64,000 bases of DNA, taken from positions 608,001-672,000 of the forward strand of contig CAXXXF010000006.1 in assembly GCA_963667175.2 (NCBI GenBank), read 5' to 3'. Source of the DNA: Candidatus Latescibacterota bacterium. GTDB lineage: Bacteria; Latescibacterota; UBA2968; GCA-2709665. The translations under genes were made by a program, and so were the position numbers. Below, one piece after another: positions 10,221-19,876 of this stretch (positions are counted from its first letter, which is position 1; each line of letters opens with the position of its first letter). The notes under the pieces are model-generated. The model was given only the letters and a program-made list of their open reading frames with translations. It did no database searches and was not told the DNA's origin.

Positions 10221-10386
10221 CTTAATTTCATAAATTTTATATATATAACAGATGACATTCTTACAAAATGACCGACGGATATGCTTAATGTTTGCCCGGT
10301 ATGCAAATTATCCGGGGTGTTCATCCAGGCCATTTGCTACGTCAGCAGTCTTGCGCTCCCCTCGCGTGGTTCTGTACGGTTCACCA

Positions 10387-11286
10387 ATGTCTAAGTTCGG
10401 ACGGATCATATTGATTCTGTTGGGGCTTATCCTCACGATAGTCCCATTGGCGCGGGCTGGATTCGATGACGGCGGCGGCAGTCGCTCCACTGCCCCGCGC
10501 ATTGTATCCGTCGGCGGATCGCTGACTGAAATCGTCTATGCCCTGGGCGCGTCTGACGCGCTCGTGGGAACGGACACGTCCAGCGGGTATCCGGAAGCGG
10601 CTACCCGGCTGCCCCAGGTGGGTTATCAACGGCGGCTCTCTGCCGAGGGAGTGCTGTCGCTCAACCCGACGCTGGTGCTGGCCACCGCCGACGCCGGCCC
10701 GCCCGCCGCGATGGAGCAGATCCGCTCTGCCGGAGTGCCGGTATTGACGGCGCCGAGCGCACGAACGCCCGAAGGAATCAAGGAGAAGATCCGCACGGTG
10801 GCCCAGGCGCTCGGACGCGAGGAAAGGGGAGAGGAATTGACGCGGGTCCTGGACGCGGACCTGCTCCTGGCGAAGGCTTTTGTGGCCGGCGCCAACAAGA
10901 AACCGAGGGTTCTCTTCATCTATGCCCGCGGCCAGGGCACAATGATGGTGTCGGGATCCGGCACGTCGGCGCACACGATGATTCAACTCTCCGGAGCGGA
11001 GAATGCGGTTAGCGGATATGACAATTACAAGCCGCTTACCGCCGAGGCTGTGGTGGCCGCCGAGCCCGACGTGATTCTCATGCTTTCGTCGGGTCTCGCA
11101 AGCCTTGGCGGCGTGGACGGCCTCCTGAAAGCGCCCGGGGTCGCGCTTACCCCGGCCGGCATGAATCGCCGGATCGTGGCGATGGACGGACTCTATCTGC
11201 TCGGATTCGGCCCGCGCACGGGAAAGGCGGTGCTGGAACTGGCTCGAGAATTCCATTCGGAGACGTGTGTTTCCAGGGAACAATAA
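10387..11286 (+). CDS. hmuT: heme ABC transporter substrate-binding protein
   Basis: Signal peptide; RIVSVGGSLTEIVYALG, VGYQRRLSAEGVLSL.P (Tyr ligand) and LLGFGPR motifs. Confidence 0.92.
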   Translation: MSKFGRIILILLGLILTIVPLARAGFDDGGGSRSTAPRIVSVGGSLTEIVYALGASDALVGTDTSSGYPEAATRLPQVGYQRRLSAEGVLSLNPTLVLATADAGPPAAMEQIRSAGVPVLTAPSARTPEGIKEKIRTVAQALGREERGEELTRVLDADLLLAKAFVAGANKKPRVLFIYARGQGTMMVSGSGTSAHTMIQLSGAENAVSGYDNYKPLTAEAVVAAEPDVILMLSSGLASLGGVDGLLKAPGVALTPAGMNRRIVAMDGLYLLGFGPRTGKAVLELAREFHSETCVSREQ

Positions 11287-12418
11287 CGTGGGCGCCACCG
11301 GCGAGCTTTCGTCCGGTCCGATACCTGAGCCGTCGGAAGCGGGCATCGATGCAGACCGCCCGGACCGGCGCAAGAAACGCGCGGTTGTGGTTCTTTCGGG
11401 GTTGGGCGTGTTGCTGGCCGGGATGACCGTAGCCTCTGTCGGCGTGGGAGCGGTCGCAGTATCTCCAGGGCAAATCCTGGCTATGTTCGGCGAACGGGTC
11501 GGCGTATGGATGCCCTGGACGTTCCAGCCTCAACAGGAGGCGGTTGTCACGGCAATACGTCTTCCGCGTGTGCTGCTGAACGTGCTGGTCGGCGCCGGGC
11601 TGTCGGTTTCCGGGGCAGCGATGCAGGGACTCTTCCGCAATCCCCTCGCGGACCCGGGCCTGGTGGGCGTGTCCAGCGGCGGCGCTCTGGCAGCGGTCTC
11701 CGTGATCGTGCTTGGCGCCACGGTGCTGGAGGGTCTCACGTCCGCGCTCGGGATGTTTACGCTTCCCCTTGCGGCATTCGCCGGCAGCGTTGTGACCACC
11801 GTGATCGTGTACAGGCTTTCCAGCGCGCGGGGACGTACCATCGTGGCCACGATGCTGCTGGCCGGCATCGCCGTCAATGCGCTGACGGGTTCCGTAACCG
11901 GCCTGCTGACTTTCGCGGCGACGGACGAGCAGCTTCGAAATATCACCTTCTGGAGCCTGGGCAACATGGGCGCGGCCACCTGGACGTCCGTCGCTTCCGT
12001 GACCCCTTTCATCCTGATCGCCGTCAGCCTTCTTGTCCGGTACGCCAGGCCGTTGAACGCATTTCTGCTGGGAGAGGCCGAAGCGGGACATCTCGGCGTG
12101 CCGGTTCAGCGTATGAAACGTGAGATTGTGACCCTGACCGCGCTCGCGGTGGGCGCGTCGGTTGCCGTTACCGGCATCATCGGGTTCGTGGGGCTGGTGG
12201 TACCCCACCTGCTTCGCCTCACCGTGGGCCCGGACCACCGCTACCTGATGCCCGGCGCCGCGTTGCTCGGCGCGTCCCTCCTGATGGGGGCCGACCTCGC
12301 CGCCCGCACCGTCGTATTGCCGGCTGAACTGCCTATCGGAATTGTGACGGCCATCGTCGGAGCGCCTTTCTTTCTCTATCTGCTGCTGCGAAGCAAGCAG
12401 ACGATGCAACTGCTATGA
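11267..12418 (+). CDS. hmuU: heme ABC transporter permease (FecCD family)
   Basis: IRLPR, QGLFRNPLADPG, LGEAEAGHLG and GIIGFVGLVVPH motifs. Confidence 0.93.
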   Translation: MFPGNNNVGATGELSSGPIPEPSEAGIDADRPDRRKKRAVVVLSGLGVLLAGMTVASVGVGAVAVSPGQILAMFGERVGVWMPWTFQPQQEAVVTAIRLPRVLLNVLVGAGLSVSGAAMQGLFRNPLADPGLVGVSSGGALAAVSVIVLGATVLEGLTSALGMFTLPLAAFAGSVVTTVIVYRLSSARGRTIVATMLLAGIAVNALTGSVTGLLTFAATDEQLRNITFWSLGNMGAATWTSVASVTPFILIAVSLLVRYARPLNAFLLGEAEAGHLGVPVQRMKREIVTLTALAVGASVAVTGIIGFVGLVVPHLLRLTVGPDHRYLMPGAALLGASLLMGADLAARTVVLPAELPIGIVTAIVGAPFFLYLLLRSKQTMQLL

Positions 12419-13278
12419 TCGAAGCGGAAGAGGTCTCAGTACACATCGGCCGAAAGGCCCTGCTGAATCGCGTCAGCATCCAGGTCCGGCCGGGTGAAAT
12501 CGTTGCCGTCGTGGGTCCCAACGGATCGGGGAAGACCACGCTCTTCAGGGTGTTGTGCGGCGACCTGTCGCCGTCGACCGGCGCGGTGTGGCTCGAAGGC
12601 TGGCGCCTGGACGATTGGGCCTCGGCCGAACAGGCTCGCAAGCGCGGGGTGCTCCCGCAGTCCGCCACCCTGGATTTCCCTTTTACGGTTCTCGAGGTCG
12701 CGGTGATGGGTCGGATGCCGCACCTGGAGGGCTCGGAGGGATCCACAGACTACGCAATTGCGCGCGCCAGTCTGGGCCTGGCGGGGGTTGGCAATCTGGA
12801 AGACAGGACGTACACGACGCTTTCGGGAGGCGAACGGCAGCGCGTGCAGTTCGCGCGGGTTCTCACACAGATCGGCGAGCATCAGTCTGAAGGCCGGCGA
12901 TACCTTCTGCTGGATGAACCCACCTCAAATCTGGATCTCGCGCACCAGCACCGGATTCTGTCCACGGCACGCGGTTTCGCCCTCGAGTCGACCGGCGTAC
13001 TGGCCGTGCTTCACGATCTGAATCTGGCCGCTCAATACGCGGACCGCGTCCTCGTATTGAAAGAAGGGGAAGAACTCACTTCCGGTGAACCGTCGGTGGT
13101 ATTTACGGAGGGCGTCATCGAACGGGCCTTCGACGTGCGGGTGCGGGTGATTCCCCATCCCGCTATGGAGTGCCCGCTCATTGTCCCGCTGCCCGAGGCT
13201 TCCGAAAAACCGGGAACCGCCCCCACGGTCGGTGGCCTGATGTCCGGTGTCGAACCCGGAAAAGCGTACGGTCACTGA
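12415..13278 (+). CDS. hmuV: heme ABC transporter ATP-binding protein
   Basis: GPNGSGKTT, LSGGERQRVQFARVL, LDEPT and HDLNLAAQYADR motifs. Confidence 0.93.
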   Translation: MIEAEEVSVHIGRKALLNRVSIQVRPGEIVAVVGPNGSGKTTLFRVLCGDLSPSTGAVWLEGWRLDDWASAEQARKRGVLPQSATLDFPFTVLEVAVMGRMPHLEGSEGSTDYAIARASLGLAGVGNLEDRTYTTLSGGERQRVQFARVLTQIGEHQSEGRRYLLLDEPTSNLDLAHQHRILSTARGFALESTGVLAVLHDLNLAAQYADRVLVLKEGEELTSGEPSVVFTEGVIERAFDVRVRVIPHPAMECPLIVPLPEASEKPGTAPTVGGLMSGVEPGKAYGH

Positions 13279-13343
13279 CGCGACCGGCCGGCTTCCGTTT
13301 CGAGAGTCCCCGGACGAACCCGGTGACAGGATGGAGAAAACCA

Positions 13344-15758
13344 ATGTCAAACGCGAATTCCACGGGCAATCGTCGTCAGTCCGGGCGATCGGTAGCGGTC
13401 GACAAACGGGGAGGGTGTCTTGCAAACCGCCGTTTCCTGAAGGGTTTGAATTGGTCCGGATGCTTCGTGTTCCTGATCTGCTTCTGCAACGCCGGCATGG
13501 CGAACGACGCTTCGGGTCGTATTGAGGGCGTGGTGCAAACCACAGGCGGGACGCCGCTGGCCGATGTCAACGTCTCCGTTTCAGATAAGCGATGGGGAGC
13601 GGTGAGTTCCGCCACCGGGCGCTTTTCTCTGATCGGTGTTTCCGGAGGCGAACGTACCGTTGTCGCGAGTCTGGTCGGTTACACGAGTACCCGCCTGCAG
13701 GTCGACGTTGCGGCGAACGCCGTCACCAGGATTCGTATTGTATTGACGCCGGAGACAACGGCGCTCCCCACAATCGTCGTCACCGGCACCAGATCGGCGC
13801 AGCGCATTGAAGACACACCCATCCAGACGCAGGTCATCACCAAACGTGAAATTGACGGCACTGGCGTGGTGGACCTGGGAAGTCTCCTGGCGGAACAGAC
13901 CGGGATTTCCGTGATCTCGGACCACGGCGCCGGCGTACAGATGCAGGGGTTCGATCCTGATTATACGCTCATTCTGGTCGACGGCGAACCCGTTATCGGG
14001 CGTACGGCGGGGACACTCGACCTGGACCGGTTCCTGGTGAGCAATCTCGAGCAGATCGAGATTGTCAAGGGTTCCACGTCCTCTCTTTACGGAAGCGAGG
14101 CCCTGGCAGGCGTGATCAACCTGATTACGCGCCTGCCGGAAAAACCGTTCTCCGCGTCCATTCGACCCCGCTACGGCACCTTCGGCGCCCTGAATCTTAG
14201 CGGCGAACTGGAGTCTCGACAAGATGAAATCGGGATCTCACTTTTCGTGGATCGAAGCCGCAGCAGCGGATTCGATCACACGCCGGAGACGGTCTCGCCT
14301 ACGGCGCCCGAAACCGTCGCCTACACGGTCAGTCCCAAAGTGGTCTACCAGCCGAACGATCGGGTGACGCTTTCGCTGTCCGCAAGGGCATTCCGGGAAC
14401 GCCAGAACAGTCCGGAAGAGATCAGTTCGCGTAGCGGGACCGTGCCCATTCACCGGGACGCGCGCCTGACGGACTGGAATATCAACCCGAGGCTCGTCTT
14501 CCGATGGACGCCCGGTCTTCGGATCGCCGGAAAGCTCTATACTGCCCGATATCAGACCAGAAGCGAACGCACCCGCAGCGATAACGGCGAGGCGTACGAC
14601 CTGGCGACCTTCGACCAGAACTACCACAAAGCCGAATTGCAGGCCCATTCGCTGATCGGCAACGCCAGTATCGTTACTCTCGGCGTGGGCGCGGTGTGGG
14701 AATCGGTCGAGGCGGACCGCATCACCGGCGGGCGTCAGTCCTCGCGCAGCGCATTTGCCTTTCTCCAGGAAGAATGGTTGCCGGCGGCGTGGCTCGACGT
14801 TGTCGTCAGCGCGCGCATCGACGCACACAGCGACTACGCGACCCGCGTGAGCCCGAAGGCCGCGTTGCTTATCAAGCCCCTGCCCTGGTTACGTCTTCGC
14901 GGATCCTTAGGAAGCGGCTTCAAGGCGCCCACGTTTCAGCAGCTGTACCTGGACTTCACCAATCCAACGGTCGGATATTCCGTACTCGGCTCCGCCTACG
15001 TCCGCGAGGGAATGGCTCTGATGCAGGACGAGGGCCGGATTGCCGCCGTGCTGCAGGACGTCGAGACGCTGGAGCAGATTCGCGCCGAAAGTGCGGTTTC
15101 TTACAACACGGGCATCGAGATCGCGCCCGGAGGACGTGCATCCGCCAGGGTCAACGTCTTCCACAACAACGTGCAGGATCTCATCGAGGCTTCGCCGATC
15201 GCACGCAGGAAGAGCGGCCAGAGCGTGTATACGTATTTCAACCTGAGCCGCGTCTTTACCCGAGGTATCGAAAGCGAAGTCAAGATACGCATTTCCGAAG
15301 AGGCCGGACTGTCGGCGGGTTACCAGTACCTGATTACGGGAGACAGGGACGTGCTGGACAGGCTGGAAGACGGCAAAGTCGTGACCGTGGATTCGGAGAC
15401 CAACAAACTTCGCCGCGTCGAGACCCCGGAATACGGCGGCCTCTTCAATCGCTCGACCCACACCGCCACGCTGCGCCTTTTCTATCGGAACGAGGGGACC
15501 GGCCTGGGCGGCAGCCTGCGCGGGGTATACCGGGGTCGATACGGTTACCGGGATCGCAACCTGACCAACGTCCTTGACGCGCCGGAAGAGTACGCGCCGG
15601 GCTACGGCCTCTGGCACGTATCGCTATCCCAGCGGATAGAGGATTTCGCCGCAACGATTCGGCTGGGTGTGCGGAACGTCTTCGACGAAAAACGGCTGGA
15701 CTATGTTCCCTCGCTGCCCGGCCGGATGCTTTACGCGGATCTGACAAGGGACTTCTGA
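13344..15758 (+). CDS. TonB-dependent receptor (HmuR/CirA-like) with an N-terminal carboxypeptidase-regulatory-like domain
   Basis: IVVTGTR TonB box, plug motifs LILVDG and IEIVKG..SSLYGSEALAGVINLIT, C-terminal Phe; start codon uncertain. Confidence 0.92.
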   Translation: MSNANSTGNRRQSGRSVAVDKRGGCLANRRFLKGLNWSGCFVFLICFCNAGMANDASGRIEGVVQTTGGTPLADVNVSVSDKRWGAVSSATGRFSLIGVSGGERTVVASLVGYTSTRLQVDVAANAVTRIRIVLTPETTALPTIVVTGTRSAQRIEDTPIQTQVITKREIDGTGVVDLGSLLAEQTGISVISDHGAGVQMQGFDPDYTLILVDGEPVIGRTAGTLDLDRFLVSNLEQIEIVKGSTSSLYGSEALAGVINLITRLPEKPFSASIRPRYGTFGALNLSGELESRQDEIGISLFVDRSRSSGFDHTPETVSPTAPETVAYTVSPKVVYQPNDRVTLSLSARAFRERQNSPEEISSRSGTVPIHRDARLTDWNINPRLVFRWTPGLRIAGKLYTARYQTRSERTRSDNGEAYDLATFDQNYHKAELQAHSLIGNASIVTLGVGAVWESVEADRITGGRQSSRSAFAFLQEEWLPAAWLDVVVSARIDAHSDYATRVSPKAALLIKPLPWLRLRGSLGSGFKAPTFQQLYLDFTNPTVGYSVLGSAYVREGMALMQDEGRIAAVLQDVETLEQIRAESAVSYNTGIEIAPGGRASARVNVFHNNVQDLIEASPIARRKSGQSVYTYFNLSRVFTRGIESEVKIRISEEAGLSAGYQYLITGDRDVLDRLEDGKVVTVDSETNKLRRVETPEYGGLFNRSTHTATLRLFYRNEGTGLGGSLRGVYRGRYGYRDRNLTNVLDAPEEYAPGYGLWHVSLSQRIEDFAATIRLGVRNVFDEKRLDYVPSLPGRMLYADLTRDF

Positions 15759-15914
15759 GCAAGCCCGGGCCATTTCAGAGAGGACGCCGTATAGACCTGA
15801 CGCGTGATGTGCCGCAGACGTCGAACCGTCCGTGCTTTCAGCCGGAAATTCAGCCGAATCCTCGAACTTCATTGAAACGCGAACAACGTCAACCCTTTAT
15901 GTATCGGGAGGTCT

Positions 15915-17156
15915 ATGAAGCGATTTCACATATGGTGCGTCATTCTGTTGCTCACGCTGCCCGTGAACGCAGCGGGCGAGGACGACGGGTCGGAACCCCG
16001 AATGAAAATCACGGGATACGGCGAACTCATTTATTCCCATTTCGATTACGGCCCCGACCAGAAGAGCAGCCCGGCGGGTTCGCCGCCTGACAGCCGCGCG
16101 ACCATCGACGTCACGCGTCTCGCTCTCGAACTGGAAACCCGCCTGCTTCACGGCGTCGAGCTGGAAGCTGAACTCGAAATCGAACACGGCGGCACCGGGG
16201 GCGCCCTCGAAATCGAATACGAGGAATTCGGCGAATACGAAACCGAAGTGGAAAAAGGCGGCGAAGTCATCCTCGAGGAACTCTACATCCAACGCGAGTT
16301 CAGCGACGCCTTCAACGTCCGCCTCGGCCACTTCTACGTTGCCGTGGGTCTTACCACGGAGCAATACCATCCCACGGACTTTTTCGGAACCCGCCGTCCT
16401 GAGTCGGAAACCTCGGTGATCCCCGCGATATGGCACGAAACCGGCATCGAGGTCAACGGCCGCATGAATCGTCTGAGCTACCAGATTCAACTCGTCAACG
16501 GCCTGGACGCAACGGGTTTCAGTTCTCAGAACTGGATTGTGGGGGGCCATCAGACGCGCTTCGAGGAAGTCCGCGCGTCGAACATGGCGCTTGCGGGTCG
16601 GTTGGACTACCGCGTCGCCGACGGTCTCACGCTTGGCGTATCGGGCTATCGCGGCGACAGCGCCGACAACCGTCCAAAGCCCGATATGAAAGGCGTGGAC
16701 GCCACTGTGTCCATCTTCGACGTCCACGCCGTGCTGCGGTACAATCGTTTTCGCGCGCAGGGGATGTACCTGTATGGAAGTCTGCAGAACGCGGATATCG
16801 TAAGCGAGCGCAACCGTTCGTTGTCGAATAATCTGGACGTGTTGCGCACGCCCGTCGCCAGCGGCGCCTTTGCGTCTTACGTCGAAGTCGGTTGCGACGT
16901 TCTGCCCACGTTTTCTTCACGTCGGCAAGATCAGCTCTACGTGTTCCTGCGATTGGACAGTTACGACACGATGGCGAGTGTGCCGGAGGGTTTCTTCGAC
17001 AATCCTCGCTTCAAACGCAGCGTCTATACGCTCGGACTCAACTACATCATGGACAACGCGGTGGTTCTCAAGGGCGACTATGCGATGCGCCGCCTGGGCG
17101 CCTCGAGATTCAACGGTGAAAACACCGCCAGTTTCGCGTTCGGTTTTCAATTCTGA
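15915..17156 (+). CDS. outer-membrane porin-like beta-barrel of imelysin/di-heme loci
   Basis: Signal peptide; EIEHGGTG...EEFGEYETEVEKGGEV..EE motif; C-terminal GFQF. Confidence 0.75.
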   Translation: MKRFHIWCVILLLTLPVNAAGEDDGSEPRMKITGYGELIYSHFDYGPDQKSSPAGSPPDSRATIDVTRLALELETRLLHGVELEAELEIEHGGTGGALEIEYEEFGEYETEVEKGGEVILEELYIQREFSDAFNVRLGHFYVAVGLTTEQYHPTDFFGTRRPESETSVIPAIWHETGIEVNGRMNRLSYQIQLVNGLDATGFSSQNWIVGGHQTRFEEVRASNMALAGRLDYRVADGLTLGVSGYRGDSADNRPKPDMKGVDATVSIFDVHAVLRYNRFRAQGMYLYGSLQNADIVSERNRSLSNNLDVLRTPVASGAFASYVEVGCDVLPTFSSRRQDQLYVFLRLDSYDTMASVPEGFFDNPRFKRSVYTLGLNYIMDNAVVLKGDYAMRRLGASRFNGENTASFAFGFQF

Positions 17157-17177
17157 ATTCATAAGGAGGAAACACCC

Positions 17178-18254
17178 ATGAGAAACCTAAAAGTACTCTT
17201 CAGTCTCTTGTTTGCCATTTCGCTCGCCGCGTGCGGCGACAACGACGAAAACCCCGTGGCGCCCGACCCGGAACCGGACCCGCGGTTCGATTTCTCACCC
17301 ATTCTAAGCGACTTTGCCGATAAAACCGTAATTCCGATCTACAAGGACCTCTCCGACAAGGCTTCTGAGCTCCTCGTCGCCGTACGCAATCTCAAGGAGA
17401 ATCCATCGCCCGCCACCTTGTCGACCGCTCGGGCGGCGTGGGTGGCCTCGCGCCAGCCATGGGAACGAAGCGAGGCGTTTCTGTTCGGTCCGGTCGACTT
17501 CAAGGGATACGATCCGGCGCTGGATTCCTGGCCCGTCAACCGAGCGGACCTGGAGGCCGTGCTGTCGGGCAGCGATCCCTTGACCAAAACTTCCGTCAAT
17601 AACCTCGAGAACACACTCAAGGGATTTCATACCATTGAATTCCTGCTATATGACGTGGGCGGCAGCAAGACCGTAAGGAATTTCACTCCGCGACAATACG
17701 ACTATCTGATCGCGGCGACGGAATTGCTCGATGAAGCAGCCACTGCGATGCATACGGACTGGAGTGGATCGGGCGGCAACTTCCGCGATCAGGTCGTCAA
17801 TGCGGGCGCGGGCAGCAACACCTACACCACGCGGAAAGCAGCAATTCAGGAAATGATCAACGGTATGGTCGGCATTGCCGACGAAGTTGGAAACGGCAAG
17901 ATTGCCGACCCCTTCAACGAACAGGACACGCGCCTGGTCGAATCGCAGTTCAGCTTCAATTCTCTCCTCGATTTCCAGAACAACATCCGCGGGATCTGGC
18001 ATGTGTACACCGGCGGGTACAACGTTCAGGCAGTCGGCCTCGACTTTTTCGTCAAGACGAAAAACGCGTCTCTCGACCAGCGTCTGCAAAATGAAATCAA
18101 GACGGCCATCGAGGAAATCGGCAAGATCTCCTTCCCCTTCCGGGACGCTCTGGCCACCGATGGGGCGCAGATCACGGCTGCACAGCAGGCCATCGCCAAG
18201 GTACAGGCGACCCTTGAAGGCGACGTGTTGCCCCTCGTCAACGCAGAGCCATAG
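17178..18254 (+). CDS. imelysin family (peptidase M75/IrpA-like) iron-regulated lipoprotein
   Basis: Lipobox LAAC; W..SEAFLFGP, DSWP, GFHTIEFLL and ESQFS.NS motifs. Confidence 0.9.
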   Translation: MRNLKVLFSLLFAISLAACGDNDENPVAPDPEPDPRFDFSPILSDFADKTVIPIYKDLSDKASELLVAVRNLKENPSPATLSTARAAWVASRQPWERSEAFLFGPVDFKGYDPALDSWPVNRADLEAVLSGSDPLTKTSVNNLENTLKGFHTIEFLLYDVGGSKTVRNFTPRQYDYLIAATELLDEAATAMHTDWSGSGGNFRDQVVNAGAGSNTYTTRKAAIQEMINGMVGIADEVGNGKIADPFNEQDTRLVESQFSFNSLLDFQNNIRGIWHVYTGGYNVQAVGLDFFVKTKNASLDQRLQNEIKTAIEEIGKISFPFRDALATDGAQITAAQQAIAKVQATLEGDVLPLVNAEP

Positions 18255-18366
18255 AAGAGACCGCGAGGCTGCCGGAGAGTCGACAGGGCAGGCTGGCAAA
18301 GATGCCCTGTCGACGCGGTGTGCATGTCTCTCCACCTGTTCGAATGAAAATCAAGATCTCCAACTC

Positions 18367-19752
18367 GTGAAACTTCCCTCCAACATTCGGTGTGCCATTG
18401 TCGTCTTGCTGCTCGTTTCGGCATGTGGCAGTGAAGAGACGATTTCTCCCGTTCCCGACGAAACCAGACCCCTGTCCGGCGGGCAGGCGACGGTTTTCGA
18501 CGCATCCAGTCAGGCTTTTGAAATGCCCATCCCGACGCTTTCGGCTAACGAACTGGACAGGTTTCTTGCGGGCGACGCCACCTTCGAACAGGTCTTTGTC
18601 ACACCGCCTGCCGAAGTGAACCCGGGCGCCGGTCCCGTGTTCAGCCACACCTCGTGCGTGGGATGTCATCTGCGAGACGGGCGAGGGCGAGGCGCATTCG
18701 GCGCAGAGCCGCCCTTCGTCGGATCCATGCTTATGCGCGTCAGTCTTCCCGGATTGTCTCCGCATGGCGGCCCCGCGCCCGTTCCCGGTTTCGGCGTACA
18801 ACTCGGTGACCGCGCGAACTACGGTGTTCAGCCCGAGGCGCGGGTCCAGGTCAGCTTTTACGAAACCGTTGAAAGATTGGCCGACGGCGAAGAGGTCACC
18901 ATGAAGCATCCCGTCTTCGATATCGTTGAGCCCTATCGGCCGTTGCCCGCAGGAGTTCTGCTGTCGGCGCGTATGGCGCCGCCCGTATTCGGACGCGGAC
19001 TGCTGGAAGCGATATCCGAGTCTGACATACTCGCACTCTCGGATCCCGCGGATGCCGACGGAGACGGGATTTCCGGGCGGCCCAATTACGTGCACAATTT
19101 CCGAACCGGTCGGACGGAACTCGGGCGCTTCGGCCTGAAAGCCAACAATCCGGACATTCTGCAGCAGGTCGCAAGCGCGTACAACGAGGACATGGGGGTT
19201 ACCAGCCCGTACTTTCCCAGGGAATCCGTATGGGGTCAGCCTCAGCACGACGGCCGCGACGACGATCCGGAAATAACGCAGGAGACATTGGACGTAACGA
19301 CGTTTTATATCCAGACGCTTGCCGTACCCGCACGGCGCAACTGGGACGACCCTCAGGTCATTCGCGGAGAAATCCTCTTTGAATCGACGGGTTGCGCGGG
19401 CTGCCATACCACCACGTTCCGGACGGGGAGCCATGAAATTCCGTCACTATCCGGCCAGGTCATCCATCCCTATACCGATCTGCTGCTGCACGACATGGGC
19501 GAAGCGCTTGCGGACAATCGTCCGGACTTCGAAGCCACGGGGCGCGAGTGGAAAACGCCCGCGCTGTGGGGCCTTGGGCTCACGGAAACCGTCAACGGCT
19601 CGCCTCCGGGGTTCCTTCACGACGGCAGGGCGGCAACCCTGCTCGAAGCCATTATGTTCCACGGTGGTGAAGCGGAGCGGTCGCGTGAAGCCGTACGCAG
19701 ACTTTCCACGGAGAACCGGGAGGCGTTGCTCTCCTTCTTACGATCGCTGTAG
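18367..19752 (+). CDS. di-heme oxidoreductase (DHOR) family lipoprotein
   Basis: Lipobox VSAC; two CxxCH motifs (CVGCH, CAGCH); PYTDLLLHDMG, WKTPALWG and LHDGRA motifs. Confidence 0.92.
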   Translation: MKLPSNIRCAIVVLLLVSACGSEETISPVPDETRPLSGGQATVFDASSQAFEMPIPTLSANELDRFLAGDATFEQVFVTPPAEVNPGAGPVFSHTSCVGCHLRDGRGRGAFGAEPPFVGSMLMRVSLPGLSPHGGPAPVPGFGVQLGDRANYGVQPEARVQVSFYETVERLADGEEVTMKHPVFDIVEPYRPLPAGVLLSARMAPPVFGRGLLEAISESDILALSDPADADGDGISGRPNYVHNFRTGRTELGRFGLKANNPDILQQVASAYNEDMGVTSPYFPRESVWGQPQHDGRDDDPEITQETLDVTTFYIQTLAVPARRNWDDPQVIRGEILFESTGCAGCHTTTFRTGSHEIPSLSGQVIHPYTDLLLHDMGEALADNRPDFEATGREWKTPALWGLGLTETVNGSPPGFLHDGRAATLLEAIMFHGGEAERSREAVRRLSTENREALLSFLRSL

Positions 19753-19876
19753 CACGCCAGACTGGCGCGATGGAAATCGGCTGGACGATGCATCCTCGGC
19801 ACCCTGCCGGACGCTATGCGCCGGGTTGATCGGAAGATTCCGATCGACTTCCACATACCCACGATGGGAGGATGAA

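Noticed and set aside
17875-18366. Long N-terminal extensions of the DHOR ORF (also the HmuY and TonB receptor ORFs)
   Set aside because: They overlap upstream genes; downstream starts with signal peptides or RBS fit better
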